A stretch of DNA of 64,000 nucleotides from NCBI GenBank assembly GCA_035501775.1, contig DATJVM010000034.1:44651-108650 (forward strand), written 5' to 3'. Below are positions 26,436 through 35,803 of the stretch, in pieces. The notes under the pieces are model-generated. The model was not told where the DNA came from. It did not search any database and saw only the letters and a list, made by a program, of their open reading frames with translations. This stretch comes from Gemmatimonadales bacterium (lineage in GTDB: Bacteria; Gemmatimonadota; Gemmatimonadetes; Gemmatimonadales; GWC2-71-9). Numbering within the stretch: the stretch's first letter is position 1; the number at the start of each line of letters is the position of its first letter. Made by a program: the position numbers and the translations under genes.

Positions 26436-27677
26436 GTGACGCACCCAGGCCGTCCTCACGACCCTTACGCCGCGCTTCGGGTCCACGACTTCCGCCGTTT
26501 CATCATCTTCCTGCTGGCCCAGACTCTCGCCACGATGGCGCAGGGTGTTGTCGTGGGATGGCAGGTCTACCAGGTCACGCGGGACCCACTCGCACTCGGC
26601 CTCCTCGGCCTGGCGGAAGCGGTGCCGTTCATCGCGTTTGCCCTCCCCGCCGGCCATCTGGCGGATCGGCTCGATCGGCGACGAATGTGCCTTTCGGCCA
26701 TCCTGGTGCTCATGCTCTGCAGTACCGCGCTCCTGGCCCTGACGCTGGCGGGCCTGGTTCGCGCGGACACGGTATGGGCCGTCTACGCGGTGATCTTCAT
26801 CAGTGGAGTGGCCCGCAGCTTCCTGCAGCCCACCCGCACCGCGCTCTCCGCCGATCTCGTCCCGCGGGAGCTGTACGTCAACTCGATCACCTGGCGAAGC
26901 TCGGTATGGCAGTTTGCCGCGGTGGCGGGCCCGGCGCTGGGCGGGCTGCTGGTCGGGTTCGGCGGGCCAGCGCTCGCCTACGGGACGTCCGCTGTCTTCC
27001 TCGTCTGCGGTTTCCTCGCGCTGTTCCGGGTGGCCACCCGGCTTCGCCCCGCGGCATCCGGCAATGCGCCCGGCTTTTCGGGGCTGCTGGAAGGGGTCCG
27101 ATTCGTCCGCCAGCAGCCGGTCCTGCTCGGAGCCCAGACACTCGATCTCTTCTCCGTGCTCTTTGCCGGCGCCGAGGCACTGCTGCCGCTCTTCGCGGTC
27201 GTCTACCTGCATGTGGGCGCGGAGGGGCTTGGTGTGCTCCGCGCGGCTCCGGCCGCGGGATCGGTATTGATGTCGGTCTTTCTCTCCCACCGACCCCTGC
27301 GCGGCCGGGTGGGGAGGATACTCCTGGTGTCCGTGGCGCTCTACGGTGTGTGCATCAGTGCGTTCGGGCTGTCGCGGAGCTTTCCCCTGTCGGTGGCCCT
27401 GCTCGGGGTCTCGGGTATGTTCGATAACATCAGCGTGGTGCTCCGTTCGACTCTGCTGCAGACCCTCACCCCGCGGGAGGTTCTGGGTCGGGTGGCGGCC
27501 GTCAACGCGATCTTCGTCGGGTCGTCGAACGAGATCGGGGCTTTCGAGTCGGGCGTTGCCGCGCGGCTGATCGGAGCGGTGCCGGCCGTGCTGCTGGGCG
27601 GCATGGTCCCGATGCTGGTGGTGGCGCTCATTGCTTGGCGGGTGCCGGATCTCAGGCGACTGGAGAAGATCGGATGA
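26436..27677 (+). CDS. MFS transporter
   Basis: 413 aa, about 12 hydrophobic helices, MFS loop motif LPAGHLADRLDRRR. Confidence 0.85.
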   Translation: MTHPGRPHDPYAALRVHDFRRFIIFLLAQTLATMAQGVVVGWQVYQVTRDPLALGLLGLAEAVPFIAFALPAGHLADRLDRRRMCLSAILVLMLCSTALLALTLAGLVRADTVWAVYAVIFISGVARSFLQPTRTALSADLVPRELYVNSITWRSSVWQFAAVAGPALGGLLVGFGGPALAYGTSAVFLVCGFLALFRVATRLRPAASGNAPGFSGLLEGVRFVRQQPVLLGAQTLDLFSVLFAGAEALLPLFAVVYLHVGAEGLGVLRAAPAAGSVLMSVFLSHRPLRGRVGRILLVSVALYGVCISAFGLSRSFPLSVALLGVSGMFDNISVVLRSTLLQTLTPREVLGRVAAVNAIFVGSSNEIGAFESGVAARLIGAVPAVLLGGMVPMLVVALIAWRVPDLRRLEKIG

Positions 27678-28588
27678 CGACGACCGTTGCGTTTCTCGGG
27701 CTCGGCGGGATGGGCTCGCCGATGGCGGCCAACCTGGTGGCCTCCGGCTTTGGAGTACGGGCGTGGAATCGCTCGCGCCAGCGGGCGGAGGCATTGGCCG
27801 GGGCCACGGTCGCGGCCACGCCGCGTGAGGCGGCGCTTGGGGCGGAGTTCCTGCTCACGATGCTCGCGGATGACGCGGCGGTCGAGGGAGTGACCGGCGG
27901 CCCGGAGGGCGCGCTCGCCGGGCTCCCGCCGGGGGCGATCCACATCGGACTGAGCACGATCTCTCTGGCCGCGACGCGACGGCTGGTTGCCGCGCACGCG
28001 GCGCACGGATCGGTGTTCGTCGCCGGGCCCGTCTTTGGGCGGCCGGATGCCGCGGCGGCGAGGCAGCTCTGGATCGTGCCGGGCGGGCCGGCGGAGGCGA
28101 TCGAACGCTCGGCGCCGATCTTCCGGGCATTGGGACAGGGCACGTTCCCAATGCCGAGCGCCGAGCAGGCGGCGCTGGCCAAGCTCACGGGCAACTTCCT
28201 GATCGGCGCGGTCGTGGAATCGCTGGGGGAGGCGCTGGCCCTGGGAGAGAAGGGGGGCGTCGACCCGGAGCGGCTGCTGGCGCTGTTCACGGGGACGCTC
28301 TTCAACGCGCCGGTCTATCGCGGCTACGGCGCACGGATCGCGCGGACCGAATTCATCCCGCCGGGGTTCAGGCTCCCGCTCGCGCTCAAGGATCTGACCC
28401 TGGTGCTCGAGGCATCCGCCGAGACGGGAGCGCCGATGCCGCTGGCCGAGCTGGTCCGAGACCACATCCGTGAGGCGCTCCGACGCGGTCGCGACGGCTA
28501 TGATTTCGCGGGGTTCGTCACGGTGATCCGTGAAGCGGCGGGCTTGCCGGAGCGACGGGAGCTTGTATCGCCTTCTCGCCGTGACTAG
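27674..28588 (+). CDS. NAD(P)-dependent 3-hydroxyisobutyrate/6-phosphogluconate-dehydrogenase-like oxidoreductase
   Basis: VAFLGLGGMGSPMAANL Rossmann motif; ATG at 27674 overlaps the MFS stop (ATGA). Confidence 0.85.
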   Translation: MTTTVAFLGLGGMGSPMAANLVASGFGVRAWNRSRQRAEALAGATVAATPREAALGAEFLLTMLADDAAVEGVTGGPEGALAGLPPGAIHIGLSTISLAATRRLVAAHAAHGSVFVAGPVFGRPDAAAARQLWIVPGGPAEAIERSAPIFRALGQGTFPMPSAEQAALAKLTGNFLIGAVVESLGEALALGEKGGVDPERLLALFTGTLFNAPVYRGYGARIARTEFIPPGFRLPLALKDLTLVLEASAETGAPMPLAELVRDHIREALRRGRDGYDFAGFVTVIREAAGLPERRELVSPSRRD

Positions 28589-28656
28589 CCTATGACAGGC
28601 CTCTGACCGGCGGATACGGGAAATCTTCTCCCGCGCGTGACGGTGCGGGGCAACCT

Positions 28657-29811
28657 TTGCGTATGCGAATCGCGATCTTCTCCGAGGTTTACTGGCCGAT
28701 GGTGAGCGGCGTTGGAGTGACCCTCCGCCGCCTGACCCAGGAGCTCGCCGCGCGCGGACACGAGGTCCGCGTCTACACGGCGAGCTACCCGCTTCCGCCG
28801 GGGGTCGATGACTGCCTGGAGGTCCACCGCTCGCCGAGCATCCCGCTCTTCCTTTATCCGGACGTGCAATGGGCCTTCCCCAGGCAGCGGGAGATCACCG
28901 CTGACCTGGCGTTCTTCCGGCCGGATGTGGTGCACGTGGCCACCGAGTTCGCGCTGGGACTGGCGGGGGTGAAGGCGGCGGAGCAGCTCGGTGTGCCGAT
29001 CATCGCGTCGGCCCACACCGACTATCAGAAGTACGCGCAGCGCTACGGGGTGGGCTTCGTGTTGCAGATGGGCTGGATATACTTGCGCTGGTTCTACAAC
29101 CACGCCGAGCGCGTGCTGGTTCCCTCCCGAGTGTACGAGCACTACCTGAACAGCCGCGGGGTGAGTCACACCGGCCTCTGGACTCGAGGGGTGGATCCGG
29201 AGGAGTTCAATCCCGGATTCCGGAGCGAGGGCTTTCGCGCCAGGTTCGGTCTTAAGCCCGGCGATCTGCTGGTGTCCTACGTGGGCCGGCTGGCGCGCGA
29301 GAAGGACCTCGACCGTCTGGTAGAGGCTTGGCAGCGGCTTCGTGCGCGGCGAGGCAATGCCAAGCTAGTGCTCGTGGGTCGGGGCCCGATGGAGGAGGAT
29401 CTCCGCGAGCGGGCTGTGCCCGGGATTCACCTCACAGGCCTGCTCACCGGCCGCGAGCTCGCCGAGGCGTACGCCAGCACTGACCTGTTCGTGTTTCCCT
29501 CGTCCACGGAAACGTTCGGCAACTCACTGCTCGAGGCGATGGCCTCCGGGGCCTGTTCGCTTGGCGTCGCCGCCGGAGGCGTGCAGGAGTTCGCGGAGCA
29601 CGGCCGGAACGCGTGGCTGGTGGGACCCAACGATACGGAAGCGCTGCAAGGCGCGCTCGAGAAGCTGATGGCGGACGGCTCCCTGCGAGCCCGTCTGTCG
29701 AGGGGTGGCCTCCAGACGGCCGAGTCGCGCCAGTGGGGCCGGATCTACGATCAACTGCTCCAGGACTACGCCGCGACCGCGGCGTCAAAAGGTCGGGTCC
29801 AGGCCGCCTAG
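28657..29811 (+). CDS. GT4-family (GT-B) glycosyltransferase
   Basis: C-terminal motif FVFPSSTETFGNSLLEAMASG (E-x7-E); 384 aa. Confidence 0.85.
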   Translation: MRMRIAIFSEVYWPMVSGVGVTLRRLTQELAARGHEVRVYTASYPLPPGVDDCLEVHRSPSIPLFLYPDVQWAFPRQREITADLAFFRPDVVHVATEFALGLAGVKAAEQLGVPIIASAHTDYQKYAQRYGVGFVLQMGWIYLRWFYNHAERVLVPSRVYEHYLNSRGVSHTGLWTRGVDPEEFNPGFRSEGFRARFGLKPGDLLVSYVGRLAREKDLDRLVEAWQRLRARRGNAKLVLVGRGPMEEDLRERAVPGIHLTGLLTGRELAEAYASTDLFVFPSSTETFGNSLLEAMASGACSLGVAAGGVQEFAEHGRNAWLVGPNDTEALQGALEKLMADGSLRARLSRGGLQTAESRQWGRIYDQLLQDYAATAASKGRVQAA

Positions 29812-30473
29812 GGGCGCGGCCCGTCCCGCTCGAAGAGAAGACCCTCCAGCTCGGCGGCGCTCTCGAACCAGAAGTCCGGAGCGCCGGCTTCCAGGTCGCT
29901 CCGCGCGAAGGGCCCCCACAGCGCGGCCCCGGTGAGAACACCCGCTTTCCTCCCGCTCGCGAGATCGTGCACGCTGTCGCCCACGAAGAGAGTGCTGATC
30001 GGCTCGCTGGCGAGCGCCGTGACGGCCCGCTGAACCGGCTCCGGGTGGGGCTTGGGGTGCTCGACGTCATCGGCGCAGACCAGTACCTCGATGGCGTCCT
30101 CCAATCCGATCAGCCGAAGCCCTCGACGGGTTCCTTCTCGGTTCTTGCTGGTCACGACTCCGGTACGGAGCCCCCGCCCGCGGATACCGCGAACCAGATC
30201 GACTACACCCGGAAACGCCGCCACCATCCGGTCGTGGTTGGCCAGGTTGAAATCCCGGTAGGTGGCCACCAGCGCCTGCAGCTCCTCCGGCGAATCCGCC
30301 CAGGGCGCGAGCTGCACCCGGAGCGGGGTGCCGACGCCTCGCATCCATTCGCTATCGGGAACCGGTGCCCGGCCGTGCGCTGCCAGCGTATGCCGGTAAC
30401 TGGCCAGGATGAGTTCGATGGAGTCGATCAGGGTTCCATCGAGATCGAAGAGAACGGTGCGGATGGCAGACAT
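29808..30473 (-). CDS. HAD-superfamily hydrolase (phosphoglycolate-phosphatase-like)
   Basis: Motif I VLFDLDGTLIDS and motif IV FVGDSVHDLASGRKAG. The start overlaps the helicase 3' end by 46 nt. Confidence 0.85.
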   Translation of the reverse strand: MSAIRTVLFDLDGTLIDSIELILASYRHTLAAHGRAPVPDSEWMRGVGTPLRVQLAPWADSPEELQALVATYRDFNLANHDRMVAAFPGVVDLVRGIRGRGLRTGVVTSKNREGTRRGLRLIGLEDAIEVLVCADDVEHPKPHPEPVQRAVTALASEPISTLFVGDSVHDLASGRKAGVLTGAALWGPFARSDLEAGAPDFWFESAAELEGLLFERDGPRP

Positions 30474-32662
30474 CGGGGTAAGCTACTCACCCGCACAACC
30501 CCGGTGACGCGAGGGCGAAAGAGGGCCTGGCCCCTTGGCACCGTAAGGAGCGTTCTCAGGCCAGATGCCAAATCGTTCGTGGGCGTGTGGAGCAGGCGAC
30601 CGACGAGGTGTGCCTCCCCGGCCGTAAGGCCGCCACAGAGCCAGGCGAGCGACTGGTCGATCAGCGAAAGCAGCCGGCCGTCCCGGCGGCAGGCCGCCAG
30701 GCGGGCCAGGCGCCGGAGCCGGGCAACGAGTAGTCGCTGATCGTGCTCCAGGTGGCCGCTCCAGCGTTCAGTATTGGCGAGCCGGAGCTCCTCGCGCGCG
30801 ATGCCGGCGGCCAGGTCCAGGGCCGCATGGTGCTCCTCCGGCGCCGGCGCGCGGCCCCGGCTTTCGCGAGCCGTCTCGAGAATCGGGACCACCTTTTTCG
30901 GATCCTCGGTCCGGCATCCTTCGTTGTCCACCCAGAAGATGCGACCCGGCTCCGGGCGAGCCTCCGGTGTTGGGCCCAGGAGATCGAGCGCCAGGCCGAT
31001 CAGCCAACCCTCCTCTTCCCCCTTGACCACGGTCATGCCCGGGATCCCCGGGCAGGGACGGGCCCACACGGCCATGTCTGACCTCCAGCGATAGAGCCAG
31101 CGGCTCCGCTGGTCGAGCCCGGCATGAAGCAGCAGCTCCCGCTTGATGCCGAGGGACTCGAGCTGGTGCAGGCGTCTTTCGAGTTCCGACGCCGCGGAGA
31201 ACTCGATGACCTCGATGGACTCATGAAGGGAACCCAGCCGCGCCGCGCGCCCGACGCGCTGGTCGAGACGGACGGCGGTCCAGGGGAGGTCGTAGTGGAC
31301 GACCCGACTCACTCGTTGCAGGTCGAGCCCCTCGGCGGCGACGTCGGTGGCGAGCAGGAGCGCAGGCGGGGTACCGCACCGGGGCATGGCGCCGGGCCGA
31401 AACCAGTCGAGCACGGCGTCACGACCGAGCCGGCTCCGGCCGATCCCTGCGGCGTCGCCGGTCACCCACGCGGGCCCATGTCTCGAGAGCCGCGCCCGGA
31501 GCCAGGTGAGGGTGTCTCGAAAGCCGGTGAAGACGAGGGTTGGCGTTCCGTCCCCGATCAGGTCAGCGAGAAGTCGGCACTTTCCGTCGGCCTCTGGCGC
31601 AGCTCGCCGCGCCTTGTCGAGGACGCTGCGGAGACGGGACGCATCGTCCAGTGCGAGGTCGACCGGTTCGTCTGGAATCGGTGCCAGTCCCCAAAGCACG
31701 AGCTGCTCGGGATCTCTGCCCACAAAGGAGCGGATGGCGGCGCGGGTGGGCGATTGCCCCGCCTCTCTGGCCGCGTCCGCATGGTCCAGGAGGCGGGCGT
31801 AGCGCTCGAGCACGCCAAGCAGCGCGCCCGGACTCGAGGCGCAGGCACGCCAGAAGACACTCCGGATGAGGCCAGCCACCGTCGGATCGCGAGAGAGTCT
31901 GAGGCGATCCAACAGCTCCAGGAGTTCATGGCATTGTGGGTCGAGCGAGACGGGCATCGCGCGGCTCCTCACCGCCGGGGCTCCGGCGGGCAGCGGGCGA
32001 CAGATCACCAGGTCGCCCAGGGCGGATGGCGCGGAGCGGGCGCGCAGGGCTTCGAGCAGGCTGGGGCAGCCCCGGCCGGAGAGGGCGTCGTCGCGGACGG
32101 CAAGGAGAAGCTGGTGGGCCAGGTCGCTCAGCTGATTGACGACGGGCGTGGCCGAGAGGAGCAGCACCCGTCGACCGTGCAGCCACGGTGCCAGGGCGCG
32201 ATATCGTCTCGTGGCCGGATTGCGGAAGCGATGACTCTCGTCCACGATCACCAGCCTGCGGTCGGAGGCGGGCAGGTGCCCGCGACTCACCGCCTCGTGC
32301 GACAGGAGGGCCAGCGGGAGAGCGACTCGGTTCGCCGCGTGCCGCCATTGTGAGGCGAGCGCCGCCGGCACGATGGCGACGGTGGGCGCTCCGAGCGCCA
32401 TGGCGGCAGCGAGGGCAATGTAGGTCTTGCCGCTTCCGACCGGATCCGCCAGGACCACGCCGCGATGAATCTCGAGGGCGGCCAAGGCCCGACGAAACGA
32501 CCCTCGCTGCTCCCCGCGGAGCCATGGAGGAGGCGTGTAGCTCGCCTCCGGCGGGGCCACGGACGCCGCCAGCGTCTCCGCGACCTCGCGAGCGGCATCG
32601 GTCGGCGCCACCGAGAGCACGGTCGCGAGCGGGTCGTGGACCTCACTCAGGGCTTCCGCCAC
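30428..32662 (-). CDS. SNF2/SF2-family helicase-like ATPase with an uncharacterised C-terminal region of about 260 aa
   Basis: Motif I LADPVGSGKTYIA, II VIVDESHRFRN, III LLLSATPVVNQ, VI QRVGRAARLGS. GTG at 32662 is the most plausible start, giving a 20-nt overlap with the methyltransferase gene. The track ORF extends to 33019. Confidence 0.8.
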   Translation of the reverse strand: MAEALSEVHDPLATVLSVAPTDAAREVAETLAASVAPPEASYTPPPWLRGEQRGSFRRALAALEIHRGVVLADPVGSGKTYIALAAAMALGAPTVAIVPAALASQWRHAANRVALPLALLSHEAVSRGHLPASDRRLVIVDESHRFRNPATRRYRALAPWLHGRRVLLLSATPVVNQLSDLAHQLLLAVRDDALSGRGCPSLLEALRARSAPSALGDLVICRPLPAGAPAVRSRAMPVSLDPQCHELLELLDRLRLSRDPTVAGLIRSVFWRACASSPGALLGVLERYARLLDHADAAREAGQSPTRAAIRSFVGRDPEQLVLWGLAPIPDEPVDLALDDASRLRSVLDKARRAAPEADGKCRLLADLIGDGTPTLVFTGFRDTLTWLRARLSRHGPAWVTGDAAGIGRSRLGRDAVLDWFRPGAMPRCGTPPALLLATDVAAEGLDLQRVSRVVHYDLPWTAVRLDQRVGRAARLGSLHESIEVIEFSAASELERRLHQLESLGIKRELLLHAGLDQRSRWLYRWRSDMAVWARPCPGIPGMTVVKGEEEGWLIGLALDLLGPTPEARPEPGRIFWVDNEGCRTEDPKKVVPILETARESRGRAPAPEEHHAALDLAAGIAREELRLANTERWSGHLEHDQRLLVARLRRLARLAACRRDGRLLSLIDQSLAWLCGGLTAGEAHLVGRLLHTPTNDLASGLRTLLTVPRGQALFRPRVTGVVRVSSLPRCLPSAPFSSISMEP

Positions 32663-35600
32663 GATCCGCGGAATCGGCCCCCACGAAGCGGGCGAGCAGG
32701 GAGCGCTCCTCCGCCGAAAGCTGGAGGTGCTGGGCGGTGATGGCATCGAGTTCCTTTGCGACTTGCTCGCCTCGGCCAGCCCGGTCGGCGAGGCGCGCCA
32801 GGCGCTGATCGGAAAGCACGGCGGTGGGCAGCGGGAGGCTAGCAACGACGCGGGCATTGAAGCGGGCGAATCCGCCGGAAGCGATATCCGCCGCGGCTCG
32901 GGCCAGTGCCCGGACCCAGGTGCAGTTGAGCCATGCGGAGAGGGTGAGCGCCGTGAGCCGATCCGGCACCGGAAGGACGTAGCAGGTATTGAGAGCCACC
33001 AGCCGGGAGCCCTCGGCATCCACCAGCGCCGCCGCCGTGAGCTGGCGGGCGATATCCGCCCAGATCACCCGGTTCTCGCCTTGGGCATGAGTGACCCGAA
33101 ACAGCGTCCAGAGGGGGCCACCCTGATAGTCCACTCGCGCCGACAGCATCGCCTCGTGCTGCGTCACGTATGCCGCCGCGCCTCGTGGCAGGGTCTGATA
33201 GGGCCCGCCGTTCGCATCATGCGGGAAGAAGAGCCGTGCCCCCGGATGCGCGGAGAATGGCCGGATGTCACGCCCTCTTACGGCCTGGCGCACCAGGGCC
33301 GGCTCAACTGACGGAGGCGGGTCGAGGAAGAGCGCGTTGGCCCCGGTCTTCACTCCCAACCGCGGCGTGAAGCGCTCACCGAGGCTCGGATGGTCGCCGC
33401 GGGCGCGTGCGAGTGCATCGAGGAGGGCGGGCGCCGCCAGCGTCCAGGCCTGGCCACCGACGACGTGCCGTTGCGGACAGCAGTGCCGCTCCATGGAATC
33501 GAGGGTGAGGCGGACGGTGTGGTCAGGGGACGGGGCCCGCCGGGCCGCGACGACCGCCGCGGGATAGGTCGTGGCATCGAACGGGGCACTCCGATCCTCG
33601 GTCAGGTCGGCCAGGACGTGCAGGGTGAACTCCCGGGCCAGGCCGGCCCGCATGGCACGGGCGTAGCCCGCCGTGGTGACCTTGAGGGGAAGGAGGAGCG
33701 CCAGAACCCCGCCGGGCGACAGCAGCTCGGCGCCTCGTTCCACAAATGCGACCGCGAGATCCGGCTGATGGGAGAAGCCGCGGCCGCCGGTCCGCCACCA
33801 GCGGTAGCGGCGGGAGAGGAGTTCGCGCATCGAGGGGCGGAGCTGCTCGGCGCGCACCCAGGGCGGGTTGCCGACGACGAGATCGAAGCCACCGCGGGCC
33901 AGCACGTCGGCCGCGTGCGCCTCATAGCAGAACCAGGTGATCTCTCCGTCGTGGCGGAGTCGCCGCTCGAGACGCCGGACCTCCTTCATGCCTCTCCGCA
34001 GCTGGTTCATGCGCTGCCGGAGGCCGCGGTCGAGGCTGCGCCGCTCGCCAAACAGGTCCGTCGCCCTCGCCACCCGCAGGCACTCGGCCATTTCGGCTTC
34101 GAGCTGTCGGCCTGCCTGATGGAGACATTCCTTGAACGCAGCGGTCTCGGCGCGGCGCAGCTGGCGGCCAAGCTCGCGCTTGTCCGAGCCCGTGGCCTGA
34201 ACGAAGGCTTTGCGCAGGCCGTGCATCGGAGGGCCGTGCGATGGGGAACGGAGCCCATGGCCGGCAAGGGTCCAGGTCGGGTCGAGAAGGCTGTCACCCT
34301 GACGCACCACACCGTCGAGATTGGGCAGAGGTGCCACGGCTTCCGGATCGGTCACCGCTTCCGCGGCGATGATCGCGAGCCAGAGCCGGAGCTCGGCGAG
34401 ACGCACCGCCATCGGGTTCAGGTCTACGCCGAAGAGGTTCTGTTCGAGAATGCGTCGGCGGAGGAGGGCGGGTGGTGCCTCACCGCGGCGGAGGACCGCC
34501 AGGCGTTCCAGGGCGCCGAGCAGAAAGGCGCCGGAGCCCACCGCCGGATCGAGCACCGCAATTCCGCGCAGTACCCGGCGGACGGCGCGGTCCGGTGCCG
34601 TGAGGCGCTCACGCGCCTCCTCCCGCGTGAGCCCGAGGCGTGATGCGATCAGGCTCTCGAGCCCCGCGTCCACCAGACGCTCCACGAGACGGCTCGGAGT
34701 GTAGAAGCTGCCGCTCTTCTGGCGGTCCTCGGGCGCCATGATTCCCTCGAACACCCGGCCCAGCATGTCGGGCGCGATGCGCGAGGGGTCGGCGCTTTCG
34801 ACGGCGGTGAAATGGAAGCGCTCGAACATCTGGTCGAAGGCATCCCGCCAGCAGCGGTTGGGGACATCGCCCCGCCACGATCGCTCCAGCAGATGCGGCT
34901 CGAAGAGCCCTCCGTTGAGAAACGGGATCCGACCGAACGCCTTGGCCCGTCCCCGCTGGTCCGGAGGTCGGTTGAGGGTGCCGAAGAAGAGGGGGCGGAA
35001 GAGGTCGCGGTGCAGATGGCGGCGCCTGGCGAGGGTGTCGTCGACGGCCTGCCTCAGGAAGTCGTGCCGACCGTCGAGCCAGCCCTTGGCGGCGACAAAG
35101 TACAGAAACAGGACCCGCGTGAGTTGAATGAGGGCCAGCGGTCGCCGGTCCCGCTCACGGAGGGAGCCGGACAGCCCGGCGGCCATGAGGTCGAGGGCGC
35201 GCCGAAACTGCCGGAAGAATCGTCGCCCGACGTCGCTCCCTTCGAGCACGGCGCTGGCTCGGAGGGCGAACGCCAGACCGGAAAGAGGCGGCAGAAGGAG
35301 GAGTCGCCGCAGGCGCTCCCGGTCCCCCGGATCGGGGCGATCCAGATCCAGAGAGAGGGTGGCGCTCTGGTCCGCGGTGACCGCGATGGCGAGGCGACGA
35401 GCGCCTGGGTCGAGTGCCATGACGCCCACCAGCCGGCCCCGCTCGGCGAAGGCCTCTGACAGTCTGGCGGCGACCTCGGCCGGCTCCCTCGTCAACACTC
35501 CAAGCCACTCGAAATTCTCCGTGCCGCCCAGCAGTACCGCGGCCTCTGCAGCGACGGGCAGGGCGCCGGGTCCCAATTCCCGGGGTCGGTAGTGCTGGCC

Positions 35601-35669
35601 CAGCGCCTGCACGATGGCGGCCAGATCGGGCAGGGCCCGGATCCCTCCGAGCAGGGTGGCGATATCCAT
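32643..35669 (-). CDS. large N6-adenine DNA methyltransferase, Eco57I/type IIG/PglX-like, with a TaqI-like C-terminal specificity region
   Basis: FLNGGLFE, GSFYTP, motif I AVLDPAVGSGAFLLGA, motif IV DLVVGNPPWV, and C-terminal GVKTGANALF. ATG at 35669 (MDIATLLGG) gives 1008 aa. Confidence 0.85.
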   Translation of the reverse strand: MDIATLLGGIRALPDLAAIVQALGQHYRPRELGPGALPVAAEAAVLLGGTENFEWLGVLTREPAEVAARLSEAFAERGRLVGVMALDPGARRLAIAVTADQSATLSLDLDRPDPGDRERLRRLLLLPPLSGLAFALRASAVLEGSDVGRRFFRQFRRALDLMAAGLSGSLRERDRRPLALIQLTRVLFLYFVAAKGWLDGRHDFLRQAVDDTLARRRHLHRDLFRPLFFGTLNRPPDQRGRAKAFGRIPFLNGGLFEPHLLERSWRGDVPNRCWRDAFDQMFERFHFTAVESADPSRIAPDMLGRVFEGIMAPEDRQKSGSFYTPSRLVERLVDAGLESLIASRLGLTREEARERLTAPDRAVRRVLRGIAVLDPAVGSGAFLLGALERLAVLRRGEAPPALLRRRILEQNLFGVDLNPMAVRLAELRLWLAIIAAEAVTDPEAVAPLPNLDGVVRQGDSLLDPTWTLAGHGLRSPSHGPPMHGLRKAFVQATGSDKRELGRQLRRAETAAFKECLHQAGRQLEAEMAECLRVARATDLFGERRSLDRGLRQRMNQLRRGMKEVRRLERRLRHDGEITWFCYEAHAADVLARGGFDLVVGNPPWVRAEQLRPSMRELLSRRYRWWRTGGRGFSHQPDLAVAFVERGAELLSPGGVLALLLPLKVTTAGYARAMRAGLAREFTLHVLADLTEDRSAPFDATTYPAAVVAARRAPSPDHTVRLTLDSMERHCCPQRHVVGGQAWTLAAPALLDALARARGDHPSLGERFTPRLGVKTGANALFLDPPPSVEPALVRQAVRGRDIRPFSAHPGARLFFPHDANGGPYQTLPRGAAAYVTQHEAMLSARVDYQGGPLWTLFRVTHAQGENRVIWADIARQLTAAALVDAEGSRLVALNTCYVLPVPDRLTALTLSAWLNCTWVRALARAAADIASGGFARFNARVVASLPLPTAVLSDQRLARLADRAGRGEQVAKELDAITAQHLQLSAEERSLLARFVGADSADRGGSPE

Positions 35670-35803
35670 GGCGTACCCGGTTGGCGGGGGTCCACGGTAG
35701 GGCCACGGCCGGTATAACTTGGTAGCAGTCTTGCGGTCGCCCGGCGCCAAATAACCCGCTGGCGGTCGGAGGGCGACGTTCGCGGACTTTCATTGGAGCG
35801 AGT

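Noticed and set aside
35670-35750. A longer N-terminus for the methyltransferase, from the track ORF start at 35750.
   Set aside because: The extra 27 codons (MAPGDRKTATKLYRPWPYRGPPPTGYA) are Pro/Gly/Arg-rich and unlike the following sequence, so ATG 35669 (MDIATLLGG) is preferred. This is a judgement call only.
26200-35800. tRNA-Asn-linked genomic island carrying the MTase-helicase module.
   Set aside because: No integrase or recombinase gene is present, and I could not find a direct repeat of the tRNA 3' end downstream. The intervening genes (MFS, dehydrogenase, GT4, HAD) and the GC content look like the rest of the window. The idea cannot be excluded without comparative genomics.
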